DNA from: a virus
DNA: 64,000 nt
Virus record (IMG/VR): IMGVR_UViG_3300037346_000419
Location: 17,327 to 81,326 of that record
Strand: one strand, 5' to 3'
Part shown: piece after piece, positions 50,292-60,913 of the stretch
Layout of the letters: each line of letters starts with the position of its first letter
Position numbering within the stretch: position 1 is the stretch's first letter
Made by a program: the position numbers and the translations under genes
Notes under the pieces: generated by a model
Told to the model about the DNA's origin: nothing
Seen by the model: only the letters and a program-made list of their open reading frames with translations
Database searches by the model: none

Positions 50292-50755
50292 TGATAAAGA
50301 ATATTAGAGCTAGTTACATATTATATAAAAAGAGTAATAAGAATTTTGTAGATTTTAAAACTTATAATGACATTTCAACAGGTTATATAAAGTTTTTAAT
50401 GCAAAAAATATTTGATGGTAAAGAAGTAACTTTGCCAAAAAATCTTGGAGAATTATCTATTGTAGGTAAAAAACAAGTAATAAAAAAAGATGAAGAAGGA
50501 AATATAAAAGGTTTAGCCCCTAATTGGAAAGAAACAAAAGAAATGTGGAAAGAAAATGAAGTGGCTAGATTAAATAAAAAAATGATTTATCATTTAAACA
50601 CTGAAACAGGAGGTTACAGATATAGTTTTTACTGGAGAAAGACACAAGTTTTAATTAAAAATAAAACTTTATATTCTTTAAGAATGACTAGAGAAAATAA
50701 AAGAATGGTAACAAAACAATTAAATAAGGGTGCAAAATATAGAACAACATTATAA
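50291..50755 (+). CDS. IHF-like conserved crAss protein
   Basis: VTLPKNLGEL...PNWKETK...HLNTETGGY. Confidence 0.6.
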   Translation: MIKNIRASYILYKKSNKNFVDFKTYNDISTGYIKFLMQKIFDGKEVTLPKNLGELSIVGKKQVIKKDEEGNIKGLAPNWKETKEMWKENEVARLNKKMIYHLNTETGGYRYSFYWRKTQVLIKNKTLYSLRMTRENKRMVTKQLNKGAKYRTTL

Positions 50756-51768
50756 TGTCAGAATTACAATATACAACAATAGATAGATTATTTGCTAAGT
50801 TTAGCAGAGATTTAAGAGGCACAACCCTTAATGAGTCTGATGTAATAGAGTGGATAGGAGAAGCTTTAGAGTTTTTAAAAGTATTTCAATTTCAAGAACA
50901 AGCTGTTGCTTTTTTAGAAGTTAAAGATTTTGTTTCAGAATTACCTGTAGGTTTTCAAATGGTTCTTCAAATAGCTAGAAATAATGAGTGGAGTTCAGAA
51001 AATCAATGTAAACCATGTGATATTATAAGTGCTATAGATACTACATCTGATATTGACCCATGTGCCACAAAAGTATTAACTACAAATTGTAATGGTTATA
51101 TTTTAAATGGAGAAGATATTGTAGCTTATAGACCTCAATTTGATATAAATTTAAATTATGAAAATTGGCAAAATAATCCTGCAAGAGTAAATAATTTTAC
51201 TCCTGTTAGATTAGCTAATCACACTTTATTTAATACTATAGTTTGTAAGGAAAAAGATTTTGAAGGTTTATATCAAGGAGTAGAAGATGAATATACCATA
51301 GTTGGTATGTTTGAAAAACAATTAAGATTTTCTTTTAAAGAAGGCCAAATAGCTTTAGCCTATTTAAAAAGTGCCATAGATTCAGAAACAGGCTATCCTT
51401 TAATTCCAGATGAAATATCTTGTATTACTGCTATATCTTATTATGTAAAGTGGAAAATTGCAGAGTGGTTTGCTTGGAATAAAAGAGAAGGTTATAATAG
51501 TATAGCTCAAAACCAGGAAAGATTATGGATTAAATATGTAAAACAAGCTAAGAATAAAGCTAAAATGCCTAAAACTTTAGATGACTATCAAGATTTACTA
51601 GAACAATCTCACTCTTTAATCCCTAGTCATAAAAAGTATTATGGATTTTTTGGTAATTTAGGTAAAGGTGGAACTAATTTGTATAACAACTCAAGTACTC
51701 ATTTTAATGTTAATAATAATGATATTAACTTAAATCAAAAAAACTCTTGGGATAACACAGCTTGGTAA
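50755..51768 (+). CDS. Tail tubular/ring protein
   Basis: EWIGEAL...FSFKEG.I.LAY...GYPLIPD. Confidence 0.7.
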   Translation: MSELQYTTIDRLFAKFSRDLRGTTLNESDVIEWIGEALEFLKVFQFQEQAVAFLEVKDFVSELPVGFQMVLQIARNNEWSSENQCKPCDIISAIDTTSDIDPCATKVLTTNCNGYILNGEDIVAYRPQFDINLNYENWQNNPARVNNFTPVRLANHTLFNTIVCKEKDFEGLYQGVEDEYTIVGMFEKQLRFSFKEGQIALAYLKSAIDSETGYPLIPDEISCITAISYYVKWKIAEWFAWNKREGYNSIAQNQERLWIKYVKQAKNKAKMPKTLDDYQDLLEQSHSLIPSHKKYYGFFGNLGKGGTNLYNNSSTHFNVNNNDINLNQKNSWDNTAW

Positions 51769-54700
51769 TGAAAAAAAATATAACAAAACCGAGTTTAGGT
51801 TTACATAATGATAATGCTTTATCAGAGCAACCTAAAGATACTTACAGATTTGCTTTAAATGCAGTTAATGAAACTGAAATAGGAGACCTATTTGTTAATT
51901 CAAATGAAGAAAGTAATGAAGAATGTGCTGAATTACCTCAAAGATTTTTTGAGTCTCATGTTCCATTAGGTAAAGTATATGTAGGAAATGGGGAAACAAT
52001 TATTCTATCTACTTCTTTAGATGAAGCTGTTTCAGAAATTGGTATAAGAGACTCTGAATGTAAATATACAACTCTTGTTAATCACCCTTTAGGATTTAAA
52101 GTTACAAATCAAATTGATGTTGTCTTTAGATTAAGAAGAGGATGTGAAAGAGTTATATACTGGGTAGATGGAGATAACAATAAACCATATACATATAACT
52201 TAGATAAACCAGAAGCTTTTAAAACAGCAGGAGATTGGGATAGAAATAAATTTGAATTAATTAGAAGTTATAATTCTATTCCAAGATTTGAAAATATTGA
52301 AGTTCAAAACAACAATGGACAATTACCTCCAGGTTCTTATAACATAGCTATAAGGTATTTAGATGAAAGTTTAAATCCAACAGAATTTATTACTACTTCA
52401 GAGACAATTAACATTTATAATGATAATACTACAAGAGATTTTTTAAAGATTAATGGTAGTATTAATCATCCTGAAGATTTTAGAAAATTTCCAACAACAA
52501 ATAAGTCTATAAAAGTTACTTTTAGTGATTTAGATGAAACTTTCTTATTTTATCAATTGGCCTTTATTGAAGCTACAAACTCAAGTGGTTTAGCTTCAGA
52601 TATTAATTATACAAAGTTAATTCCAACAACAAAAGATTTTTTTGTTTATACAGGTATTAATTTTGAAACTAAAGGTACTGAGAATGAAATATTAGCTTTT
52701 AATACTTTAATTGATTCAGCAGACCATATAGAACAATCTGAAAACAGATTATTACTAGCAAATGTTAGAGGTAGTAGAGTAAATTTTTGTAAATTACAAC
52801 AATATGCTTCAAAAATAAAAACAGATGTAATAACTAAAAAAGTGTTTACAAATGTATTATCTAATAGTAATACAAAAAGTCCTACAGTTAATTTTGATGG
52901 TGTAGGTTATATGCCAGGAGAAATCTATTCATTAGGTATTGTTTATGTTTTTAAAGATGGTTCATTAAGTCCTGCATATCATATTCCAGGAAAAAGTCCT
53001 GGAGTTAATTCAGCAACAGTTTTTAAACCAGGGGTTAATACTTATCCAATGGATAATAATAACAATAGTTTAAATAGTCTCTATACAGAAAGTACAAGTT
53101 GTAATAATGAAATGTATTGGGGTTATGATTCTGAAGGTTTAGCTTTAAAAGATGCACCTGTTAGGCATCACAGATTCCCTTTAAGAAGTGCTATAGGTTT
53201 AGATTTAGTAAAAGAAGAAGGACTTAGTGTAACTACTACAGCTACTTTTTATCAATTAAAATTATCTGTAAATGGTACAATTAATACACCATGTACTGTT
53301 GACCAACAAGCTGCTGGTCAATGTCCTGTAGTTCAAGCTGCTCCTCCTTTTCAAGCACAAGTAGAATACACTGTAGATGGAGTCACAAAATTTTTAGCTA
53401 TAAATATTGACCCAGCTAAATATTTTAATTCAACAGGAACTTATCTTCTTAATTTAGACATATTGTCTGAATCATATACATCAGCTACTATTGTAATTGT
53501 AAAAATAGAAGAAGCTAATGAAGTAGGATTTGTAACAGATGTTAGTGGTGCTATATTATCTCCTAAAGGTTTAGTTTATACTACTTCAATTGAAGCTAAT
53601 AGTTTTGAAGTAGACAATAAAGTTTATTCTACTGAAATTTTAGGTTTACAATTTTCAGGTATTGAATTACCTCCTATAGCTGAAACAAATGGTAAAGAAG
53701 TAGTTGGTTATTATATAGTTAGAAATGAAAGAACTGAAAATGAAAAAACTGTTTTAGATAGTGCTGTTTTAACTCCACTACTAAAAAATAATAAGTATAT
53801 TTCTCATGGTTTAATGGGGCCTGATTTATTAGATGATTCAAGAATATCTAAAGGAGTTTATGGATTAATTACACCTGAACATAAATTTAAAGGTAGACAA
53901 TATAGTCAATACACTGAAATTGTTCAAGAAGGAACTTTTGATATTATAAGAAGAACTACAAGTAAGTCAAGATATTTAGATGTACAAGATGGAACTTCTT
54001 TTGATGCAGAAAATAATAAAACTTCTGATGATGATGGTTGGTCTTTAAAGGCTATAACTAGAGATAATGAGACTGAATTTACAAGAGGTGGAAATAAGTT
54101 TGATATTCCAAACAGTCAAATTGAAGATACTTTTTATCTCAATTCTTTAGAAAGTAGAGATGTAAATAATGATGTAGATACAATATATAATACTTCAGGA
54201 GATAATAAAATTGGAATAGTGCAATTAAATTCTGATAATCCAAATACAATGTTAAATAAATTTCCTTATGTTTATTTAAAGAGAGATTTAGCTGACCCAT
54301 ATTCAACTTTTAGAATATTACCTTATATAAAAATATCTTCTAATGTAGAAACAAATGAAACTACTACAGTATTTGGTGGTGATAGTTATGTATCTCCTAT
54401 GAGATATTTAAGTACTTGTTTTTGGGATAATAGGATAGCTAAGAGAGCAGTTAAAGAAAATGTCTGGAGAATTATTGTAGGTTCTTTAATTGTGTTAGCA
54501 GGAGCTTTATTAATAGCTTTTCCTGTATTAAACATAGCAACTCCTTTAATAATAGCAGCAGGTATTTCTGTAATAGGTGGAGGGGCTTTATTTATTAGTT
54601 CTGGAATTAAAAAAGAAACTTGGGCAAAAGCTTATTTAGAAGAATATTCTAAAGGTTTAAAAGATACTCTTTTAGATGAATGGGTAAATAATGAATTAAA

Positions 54701-57512
54701 TTATGCTCAATATCCTCAAGAAGATACTCCTGAAGATGATGAAATTCAATGGATAGCTGATTGTGTTACTGATTTATGGTTTGAATCTCAAATTAACACT
54801 TCTTTGAGATACAAGATGAATGTTGAGACTCCTACTTTTTTAGATGCTCCAGGAAAAATTGAGACAGGTAGAGAAGGCCCTGAAGAAGTTGGTAAAGATA
54901 ATGTTAAACTATCAGCATCTTCTGATGTATTTTATGTAAAAGATGTTTCTTTATACCCATTTACTAAATTAGACAAACAAGTAATGGATAAATTATTAGC
55001 TTTTAATTCAAATAGAAAAGATAATAGATTATATATTGGACATTGTTTAGGAGAATGGTATGAAATAAATCCAGATTATGAAAGAGTTAATAGGCAAAAA
55101 TTATTTTTTCATTTAGGAATAGAATATGATTGCTGTTCAAAATGCCAAGAAACTTTTCCTCATAGAATACACTATTCTGAACAAGCTTTTCAAGAAGAGT
55201 TAACAGATAACTATAAAGTTTTTTTACCAAACAATTATAGAGATATAGAAGGAGAGACAGGTGAAATAACAGATTTATTTAAAATACAAAATAATATTTA
55301 TATTCATACTGAAGAAGCTTTATGGCACTTACCTCAACAATATCAAGAAAGAATAACTGATAGTATAGTTTCTTTTATAGGTAGTGGAGAATACTTTGCT
55401 ACACCACCTAGAAAAATATTAGATGAAAATCATTCTTCTGGTGGAACTAGACATAAGTGGGCAACTATAAAAACTAAATATGGAGTGTTTTTTATATCTG
55501 AATTAGAAAGAAAAGTTTTTAAGTTTAATGGAAATGATTTAGTAGCTATAAGTGATATAGGCTTATCTAATTGGTTTAAAGAAAAAGGTGGTATAAATTT
55601 ACTAAAAGAGTATTATCTATTAAATGGTAATCCTTATCCTTATTATAATAATCCTTCTAATAAAATAGGAGTAGGTTATATATCTACTTATGATAGTAAA
55701 AAAGAAAGAGTCATATTTACTAAAAAAGATTATATTCTTTCTGATGAGTTTACTTTTAATGAAGATGTTGAGATATGTATAAAAAATAATGTAGTTACAG
55801 TTTTTCCTGATTTTAATACAATATTACAAAACTACAATGACTTAGGTTTTATTTATAAAGGTTTAGAAAATTGTAGAATGAAGTTTGAAAAACAAACTTT
55901 AGAAACATTTACTGAATTAAGACAAGTAACTACTGTTATAAAAAATACTGCTGATATTGTAGTACATATGGATATGTCAGGTTCATTTAGTGCAGGAATT
56001 AGAACACAAATAAAAAATGCTGTTTTAAATTGGAAAACTAACTTTTTAGTAGATAACCCTGATTGGATAGGAAATTTGTATTTTTCTGAACAAGGAGTAT
56101 CTTACACTTCACAAAGAGCTTGGAGAATTTTAAATTTTATTCAAACAACCACAAACATTTTTGATGAATTTGGAGGAGTTGTTACCCCAGGAACAATTGG
56201 AAATGATATTATTGTAGTTTCTTTTGTAAATGAAAATGATGTAGCAATAGCAGGTGGCCCTGCTGCTTATCACACAGCAGGTATAAATAATCCAGTGCAA
56301 AATGGTTTAGCTGATTTTTATACAGATTATGCAGACCATGTAGCTAGACATGATAGTTTAGTTTTAGGTGGAGGAAGTTTTACAGGTTTAATTTATCCTA
56401 TAGTTTATAATAGTGGCCCAGCTTCTATAATTGCTGCTACAAATGGATTCTTACAACATGCTTTAGCTGCTGTAAGAGGTATTCCTTATACAGCAGGAGA
56501 ATTTAGTGTTATACCTGAGAACCTGTTTTGTAGTGATTGGGCTTTATTGGGAACAAGTTTACAGGGTGTTAATCCTTATCCTGATGATGGTTTAGAATTA
56601 TATGGTTGGGAAGGTAAATGGAACAGAGGTTGGAATGGTGCTGGAGATGTAATTACTTCTACTCAATTTCAAGAAGATATGGATGAGTTTTTAATAGGTG
56701 GAGCTATTACAGAAATTAAATTAGTAGAATATCAAAAAGTAGTTTCTACTATAGAATATGTAGATGGTAATAATATAGAAATTTTTGCTAAAGCTAATAA
56801 TGCTTGGACTATTAGTTTTTCTTTAAAAGCTAATCATTGGGCTTCATGGCATTCTTATTTACCTAATTTTTATTATAATATTCCAGAGAAATTTTATTCT
56901 TGGATTCAGGGTTCTACTAAATTATGGAGACATAATAAAATTGGAGAGTATCAAAAGTTTTATGGAGTGTCACATCCTTATATTGTAGAATTTGTATCTT
57001 TATCAGATGCTTTACAAACTAAAGTGTATGAAGACATCATGTTACATACTGAAGCTAAAAAATATAACTCTACAACTAAAGAATACACAGATGAAAGATT
57101 TATTACTTTCAATAAAGCCATTATGTATAATACAAGACAATGTACTGGAGAATTAACATTACAAGTAAAAGATAATAACGCTCAGAATTATATGTCTCAA
57201 CAAGTAGTTAGTTTAGCTCCAGGAACAATTGCAATAGATAGAAATGAAAGAAACTGGACTTTAAATGATATTAGAGATGTTAGAATTGATTATACTCAGT
57301 CTATATTTAATTCTGATATACTTTCAGTTCAAGATGAATACTACATAGATAAGGTACTAAATGCAGCTACTATGAGCTTTGCAAAAGATTGGAAAGAAAA
57401 ACAAAGTTTAAGAGATAAATATTTGGTAATACGACTTATTTTTGATAATTTTGAAGACGTTAAATTACTAATGAATTATTCAATAGAAAATGAAACAGAA
57501 TCTTTTAGATAA
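51762..57512 (+). CDS. Tail stabilization/muzzle protein with insertions
   Basis: GLHND...QP..TYRFALN N-terminus, GYMPGEIYSLGI, WASWHSYLP, LRDKYL.IRL C-terminus. Confidence 0.8.
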   Translation: MVMKKNITKPSLGLHNDNALSEQPKDTYRFALNAVNETEIGDLFVNSNEESNEECAELPQRFFESHVPLGKVYVGNGETIILSTSLDEAVSEIGIRDSECKYTTLVNHPLGFKVTNQIDVVFRLRRGCERVIYWVDGDNNKPYTYNLDKPEAFKTAGDWDRNKFELIRSYNSIPRFENIEVQNNNGQLPPGSYNIAIRYLDESLNPTEFITTSETINIYNDNTTRDFLKINGSINHPEDFRKFPTTNKSIKVTFSDLDETFLFYQLAFIEATNSSGLASDINYTKLIPTTKDFFVYTGINFETKGTENEILAFNTLIDSADHIEQSENRLLLANVRGSRVNFCKLQQYASKIKTDVITKKVFTNVLSNSNTKSPTVNFDGVGYMPGEIYSLGIVYVFKDGSLSPAYHIPGKSPGVNSATVFKPGVNTYPMDNNNNSLNSLYTESTSCNNEMYWGYDSEGLALKDAPVRHHRFPLRSAIGLDLVKEEGLSVTTTATFYQLKLSVNGTINTPCTVDQQAAGQCPVVQAAPPFQAQVEYTVDGVTKFLAINIDPAKYFNSTGTYLLNLDILSESYTSATIVIVKIEEANEVGFVTDVSGAILSPKGLVYTTSIEANSFEVDNKVYSTEILGLQFSGIELPPIAETNGKEVVGYYIVRNERTENEKTVLDSAVLTPLLKNNKYISHGLMGPDLLDDSRISKGVYGLITPEHKFKGRQYSQYTEIVQEGTFDIIRRTTSKSRYLDVQDGTSFDAENNKTSDDDGWSLKAITRDNETEFTRGGNKFDIPNSQIEDTFYLNSLESRDVNNDVDTIYNTSGDNKIGIVQLNSDNPNTMLNKFPYVYLKRDLADPYSTFRILPYIKISSNVETNETTTVFGGDSYVSPMRYLSTCFWDNRIAKRAVKENVWRIIVGSLIVLAGALLIAFPVLNIATPLIIAAGISVIGGGALFISSGIKKETWAKAYLEEYSKGLKDTLLDEWVNNELNYAQYPQEDTPEDDEIQWIADCVTDLWFESQINTSLRYKMNVETPTFLDAPGKIETGREGPEEVGKDNVKLSASSDVFYVKDVSLYPFTKLDKQVMDKLLAFNSNRKDNRLYIGHCLGEWYEINPDYERVNRQKLFFHLGIEYDCCSKCQETFPHRIHYSEQAFQEELTDNYKVFLPNNYRDIEGETGEITDLFKIQNNIYIHTEEALWHLPQQYQERITDSIVSFIGSGEYFATPPRKILDENHSSGGTRHKWATIKTKYGVFFISELERKVFKFNGNDLVAISDIGLSNWFKEKGGINLLKEYYLLNGNPYPYYNNPSNKIGVGYISTYDSKKERVIFTKKDYILSDEFTFNEDVEICIKNNVVTVFPDFNTILQNYNDLGFIYKGLENCRMKFEKQTLETFTELRQVTTVIKNTADIVVHMDMSGSFSAGIRTQIKNAVLNWKTNFLVDNPDWIGNLYFSEQGVSYTSQRAWRILNFIQTTTNIFDEFGGVVTPGTIGNDIIVVSFVNENDVAIAGGPAAYHTAGINNPVQNGLADFYTDYADHVARHDSLVLGGGSFTGLIYPIVYNSGPASIIAATNGFLQHALAAVRGIPYTAGEFSVIPENLFCSDWALLGTSLQGVNPYPDDGLELYGWEGKWNRGWNGAGDVITSTQFQEDMDEFLIGGAITEIKLVEYQKVVSTIEYVDGNNIEIFAKANNAWTISFSLKANHWASWHSYLPNFYYNIPEKFYSWIQGSTKLWRHNKIGEYQKFYGVSHPYIVEFVSLSDALQTKVYEDIMLHTEAKKYNSTTKEYTDERFITFNKAIMYNTRQCTGELTLQVKDNNAQNYMSQQVVSLAPGTIAIDRNERNWTLNDIRDVRIDYTQSIFNSDILSVQDEYYIDKVLNAATMSFAKDWKEKQSLRDKYLVIRLIFDNFEDVKLLMNYSIENETESFR

Positions 57513-57542
57513 ACAGTTTTAAATTTAAAAGTTAATAATAAT

Positions 57543-59207
57543 ATGAAAAACAAGAAAAGAACTAAAAAATATGCTACTGGTACAGGGAAACAAGGTATAG
57601 TTAGAAATTATATTGAAGACCCTAGTATTGCTTTGTTTGAAAATCAAATTGATAAAACACAAGCTGATAGTAAAATGCTAAATAATCCTTGGACTAGAGG
57701 ACTAGATTTTCTTGGTAATGCAGGTATTCAAGTAGGAGGAATGATTAATCCTAAGGCAGCTTTACCTGGCTCATTAATAAAAGGAGCAAATGGAACTTTT
57801 GGTTTAGGTGGAACAACTAATAAATCAAGAGTTGAAGTGGAAGGAGAAGAAGTAGCTGAAGACCCAAAAGGTAATCTTATGGAATTTAAGGGGCCTAAAC
57901 ATGAAAGAGGTGGAATTGATGTAATGTTACCTGATGGTACTGATATATACTCTGATAGAATAAAAGTTGATGATGTAACAATGGCTGAAAGAAAAAAGAT
58001 TAGAGAGAAAAAAGAAGCCAAACTTAGAAAACTTTTATCAAAGAATCCTTATGATACACTAGATAGAAACACTTTAAAAAGAACACAAAAAGTAAATGAG
58101 ATTCAAGAAGAGACAGATAAAAAAACTCAAGAAGTGATAGGAAAAATGTTAAAAAAAGAAGAAGAGCAAGAATATGCTCAAATAAAAGGAGCAAATGGAA
58201 CTTTTGGTTCAGAAAGAACTAAAAAATATGCTACTGGTACAGGGAAACGTGGAACAACTAATAAATCAAGTGGAGGTCCTGTTTTTGGTACTCTACCTTT
58301 ACCTTTAACACCAACAATAGATGAACTAACAAATGATTTTAGTTTGTTTCCTCAAATAAATCCTTTAGTTACTCCAGGAAAGGATTTGTTTGAGGAATTT
58401 GAACTAATTTCTCCTTTAACACCAGAACCTGTATTAGATTTTGGAGGTAAAAGTGAAGAAGATATGATAGCTAATGCTTTAGCTCAATATGAAGAAAGTT
58501 TAAAAAAGAAACAAAGTAAGTTATTAAAAATTCTAGCTGCTGGAGCAAAAGGTGTTACAGCAGGGGATGCTGTAGGTTTAGGTGGAGATTTACTTTCTAC
58601 TTTTGGGCCTATGAGAAACACAAAAAGAAATAGAGCAGGAGATACACCTAACATTAATTACTATAGAGATTTTGGTAAAGATGGCTTAGATGTATTAGAT
58701 GAATCTAAAACTTACATTGCTGGACAAAGAGATAATGCTTTAATGGACTTAGAAAAGAATAGAGCAAGTTTAACTTCAAGAAATAGAAATTCAGCTAGAG
58801 GAGCTAATACCATGAGAGCTTTAGATTTAGCTTCTGCTTCTCAATCAAATGATGCAGTTAAACAATTATATGATGCTTTTTCAAGACAAATGATGGGCAT
58901 ATTAGGTCAAGAATCTCAATTAGAAACAGGCCAAGACTCAATGGTAATGCAAGGTGAAGAAAAAAGAGACCTTGGAGACAGACAAGATAGAGATTCTTAT
59001 TACAAAGCTTTAGCAAGAGATTTAGCTACTAAAGGTCAAGGTTTACAAGAAACTGGAAAATCTTTAAATAAAATGTATCTTAATAAAGATAATGATAAGT
59101 TATTAAAAATGTTAATAGAATCAGGTATAGATGCAAATACAGCTCAAGTGTTTTTAGAAATGATGTATGGTGCTGAACCTGTTAATAATAAAAAAAACAA
59201 AAAGTAA
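57543..59207 (+). CDS. Internal virion (cargo/ejection) protein
   Basis: VEVEGEEV...GPKHERGG motif and KKYATG repeats; follows the muzzle gene. Confidence 0.65.
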   Translation: MKNKKRTKKYATGTGKQGIVRNYIEDPSIALFENQIDKTQADSKMLNNPWTRGLDFLGNAGIQVGGMINPKAALPGSLIKGANGTFGLGGTTNKSRVEVEGEEVAEDPKGNLMEFKGPKHERGGIDVMLPDGTDIYSDRIKVDDVTMAERKKIREKKEAKLRKLLSKNPYDTLDRNTLKRTQKVNEIQEETDKKTQEVIGKMLKKEEEQEYAQIKGANGTFGSERTKKYATGTGKRGTTNKSSGGPVFGTLPLPLTPTIDELTNDFSLFPQINPLVTPGKDLFEEFELISPLTPEPVLDFGGKSEEDMIANALAQYEESLKKKQSKLLKILAAGAKGVTAGDAVGLGGDLLSTFGPMRNTKRNRAGDTPNINYYRDFGKDGLDVLDESKTYIAGQRDNALMDLEKNRASLTSRNRNSARGANTMRALDLASASQSNDAVKQLYDAFSRQMMGILGQESQLETGQDSMVMQGEEKRDLGDRQDRDSYYKALARDLATKGQGLQETGKSLNKMYLNKDNDKLLKMLIESGIDANTAQVFLEMMYGAEPVNNKKNKK

Positions 59208-59213
59208 ATAGAA

Positions 59214-60908
59214 ATGGCAAGATTTTATGAAACCGCAGCTCCTACTTTTACTGATTTTGTATTTCAACCAAATTTAGATTTAAAGTTAGGGCTTGCTGAA
59301 CAACAAGTGGCAACAGATTATTTGCAACAAAAAATGCTTAATGATGTGCCAGATATTAATATAGACCACATTGCTTATGATAATGATTTAGTTAATAAGA
59401 AAAGAGACTATTATAATAATGCTATTAATGAAGCTACACAGAATATTATAAAAGACCCTGTTAATAGAAATAAACATATGGCTCAAGTAAAAAATCTTAA
59501 AAGAGAAATGAATACAGATTTTTCCACTGGAGAAATAGCTAATATACAAAAAAATGCCCAAGTTTATAGAGAATTTGAAAACACATTAAAAACTTTACCA
59601 AATGCTATGGATAGAGAAGCTTATACAAAAAAGTTTAATGAGTATATGCAGAATAATAAAGAAGCTAGAGATAAAGGAGAATTTGGACAAGTTTTTAATT
59701 ATGGAGAGTTATATGAAACTAAACCTTATTGGAATGCTTTTATAGCTTCAAAATCTTTTACTGAGATAGGTAAAGATGTAAATGGTAAAATAACTCAAAA
59801 CACAAATGGTAAGTGGTTAATAACAAAAGATAATAAAACTACAGAATTAAAAGCTGAAGATATTATGTCAGCTTATAAATCTTATATTGAATCTTCTCCT
59901 GATGTAATGGGTAGAGCTAAAGCAGGTAGTCAATATTTTGGAGAAGATAATTGGTTAGATGAAAATGGTCAATTAGATTTTTCTGAAAATGGAAAATTAG
60001 GTAAAGAGTTAATTAATGGTTTAAATAGTTATACTTACAAAGAAGATTTAAGTAAGAAAACTATGGACATAGACCAATATGGGCTGTTAGATGCACAAGA
60101 AACAAAAGCTATTAGAGCAGAGTCAAGACAAAGAAAACTTGCAGAGGCAATAGAACTAGCTAATATGCCACAAGGAACTAAAAAAATAAATGAAAATATA
60201 ATTAAAACTGCTCAAAGTGTTATTGATTATGAAAAAGATATGATTGCAAAATTTTCTGCTGAAGTTGGTTTAAAACCAAGAGATAATGTGAAAACTTTTT
60301 CAGATGCAGCAAAAGCTGTTGAAAAACACATACCAAAAGATGCAGCAGGTAAAGTTATATACACAAATAACCCTATAAAAGATAAATTAATTAGAGATAG
60401 AGTAAATTTAGTTCAACATTTTAAAGATGAACAAAATAAATTGAAATCTGCTATATATGCTACTTATGAGCCTTTAAAATTGTATGGTTATACTGATGCT
60501 GAAATAATTACATATAGAAATAATACAAATAATTTTGTTGAGGATAAAGGTCAAACAGTTTTAGGAAATATAGATATAACAACTTTACCTCCTAGTTTAC
60601 AAAGCTTAATTAAAAATAATACAAATATGACTAAAGTTTCTATAAATAAAATTAATGAAATTTTAGGAAATCGAGGTTTTGTTAAAATAAGACCTAATAG
60701 TGGTGTTCCTCATATATTAAGTGAAAATGATAATCATAATCAATTACAAATTTCTATAGATATTGTATATAATGAAAATGAAGTAAAAAACACTTCAAGT
60801 GATAATAAACTAGTGGTAGAAACTTCTGAATCAGAAGGTAAAACTTATACTACTGATTTTTATATACCTATGAGAGAAATAGCTGGGGACTCAAAAAATA
60901 TAAAATAA
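59214..60908 (+). CDS. Internal virion (cargo) protein
   Basis: 564-aa helical protein; synteny. Confidence 0.6.
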   Translation: MARFYETAAPTFTDFVFQPNLDLKLGLAEQQVATDYLQQKMLNDVPDINIDHIAYDNDLVNKKRDYYNNAINEATQNIIKDPVNRNKHMAQVKNLKREMNTDFSTGEIANIQKNAQVYREFENTLKTLPNAMDREAYTKKFNEYMQNNKEARDKGEFGQVFNYGELYETKPYWNAFIASKSFTEIGKDVNGKITQNTNGKWLITKDNKTTELKAEDIMSAYKSYIESSPDVMGRAKAGSQYFGEDNWLDENGQLDFSENGKLGKELINGLNSYTYKEDLSKKTMDIDQYGLLDAQETKAIRAESRQRKLAEAIELANMPQGTKKINENIIKTAQSVIDYEKDMIAKFSAEVGLKPRDNVKTFSDAAKAVEKHIPKDAAGKVIYTNNPIKDKLIRDRVNLVQHFKDEQNKLKSAIYATYEPLKLYGYTDAEIITYRNNTNNFVEDKGQTVLGNIDITTLPPSLQSLIKNNTNMTKVSINKINEILGNRGFVKIRPNSGVPHILSENDNHNQLQISIDIVYNENEVKNTSSDNKLVVETSESEGKTYTTDFYIPMREIAGDSKNIK

Positions 60909-60913
60909 AAAAC

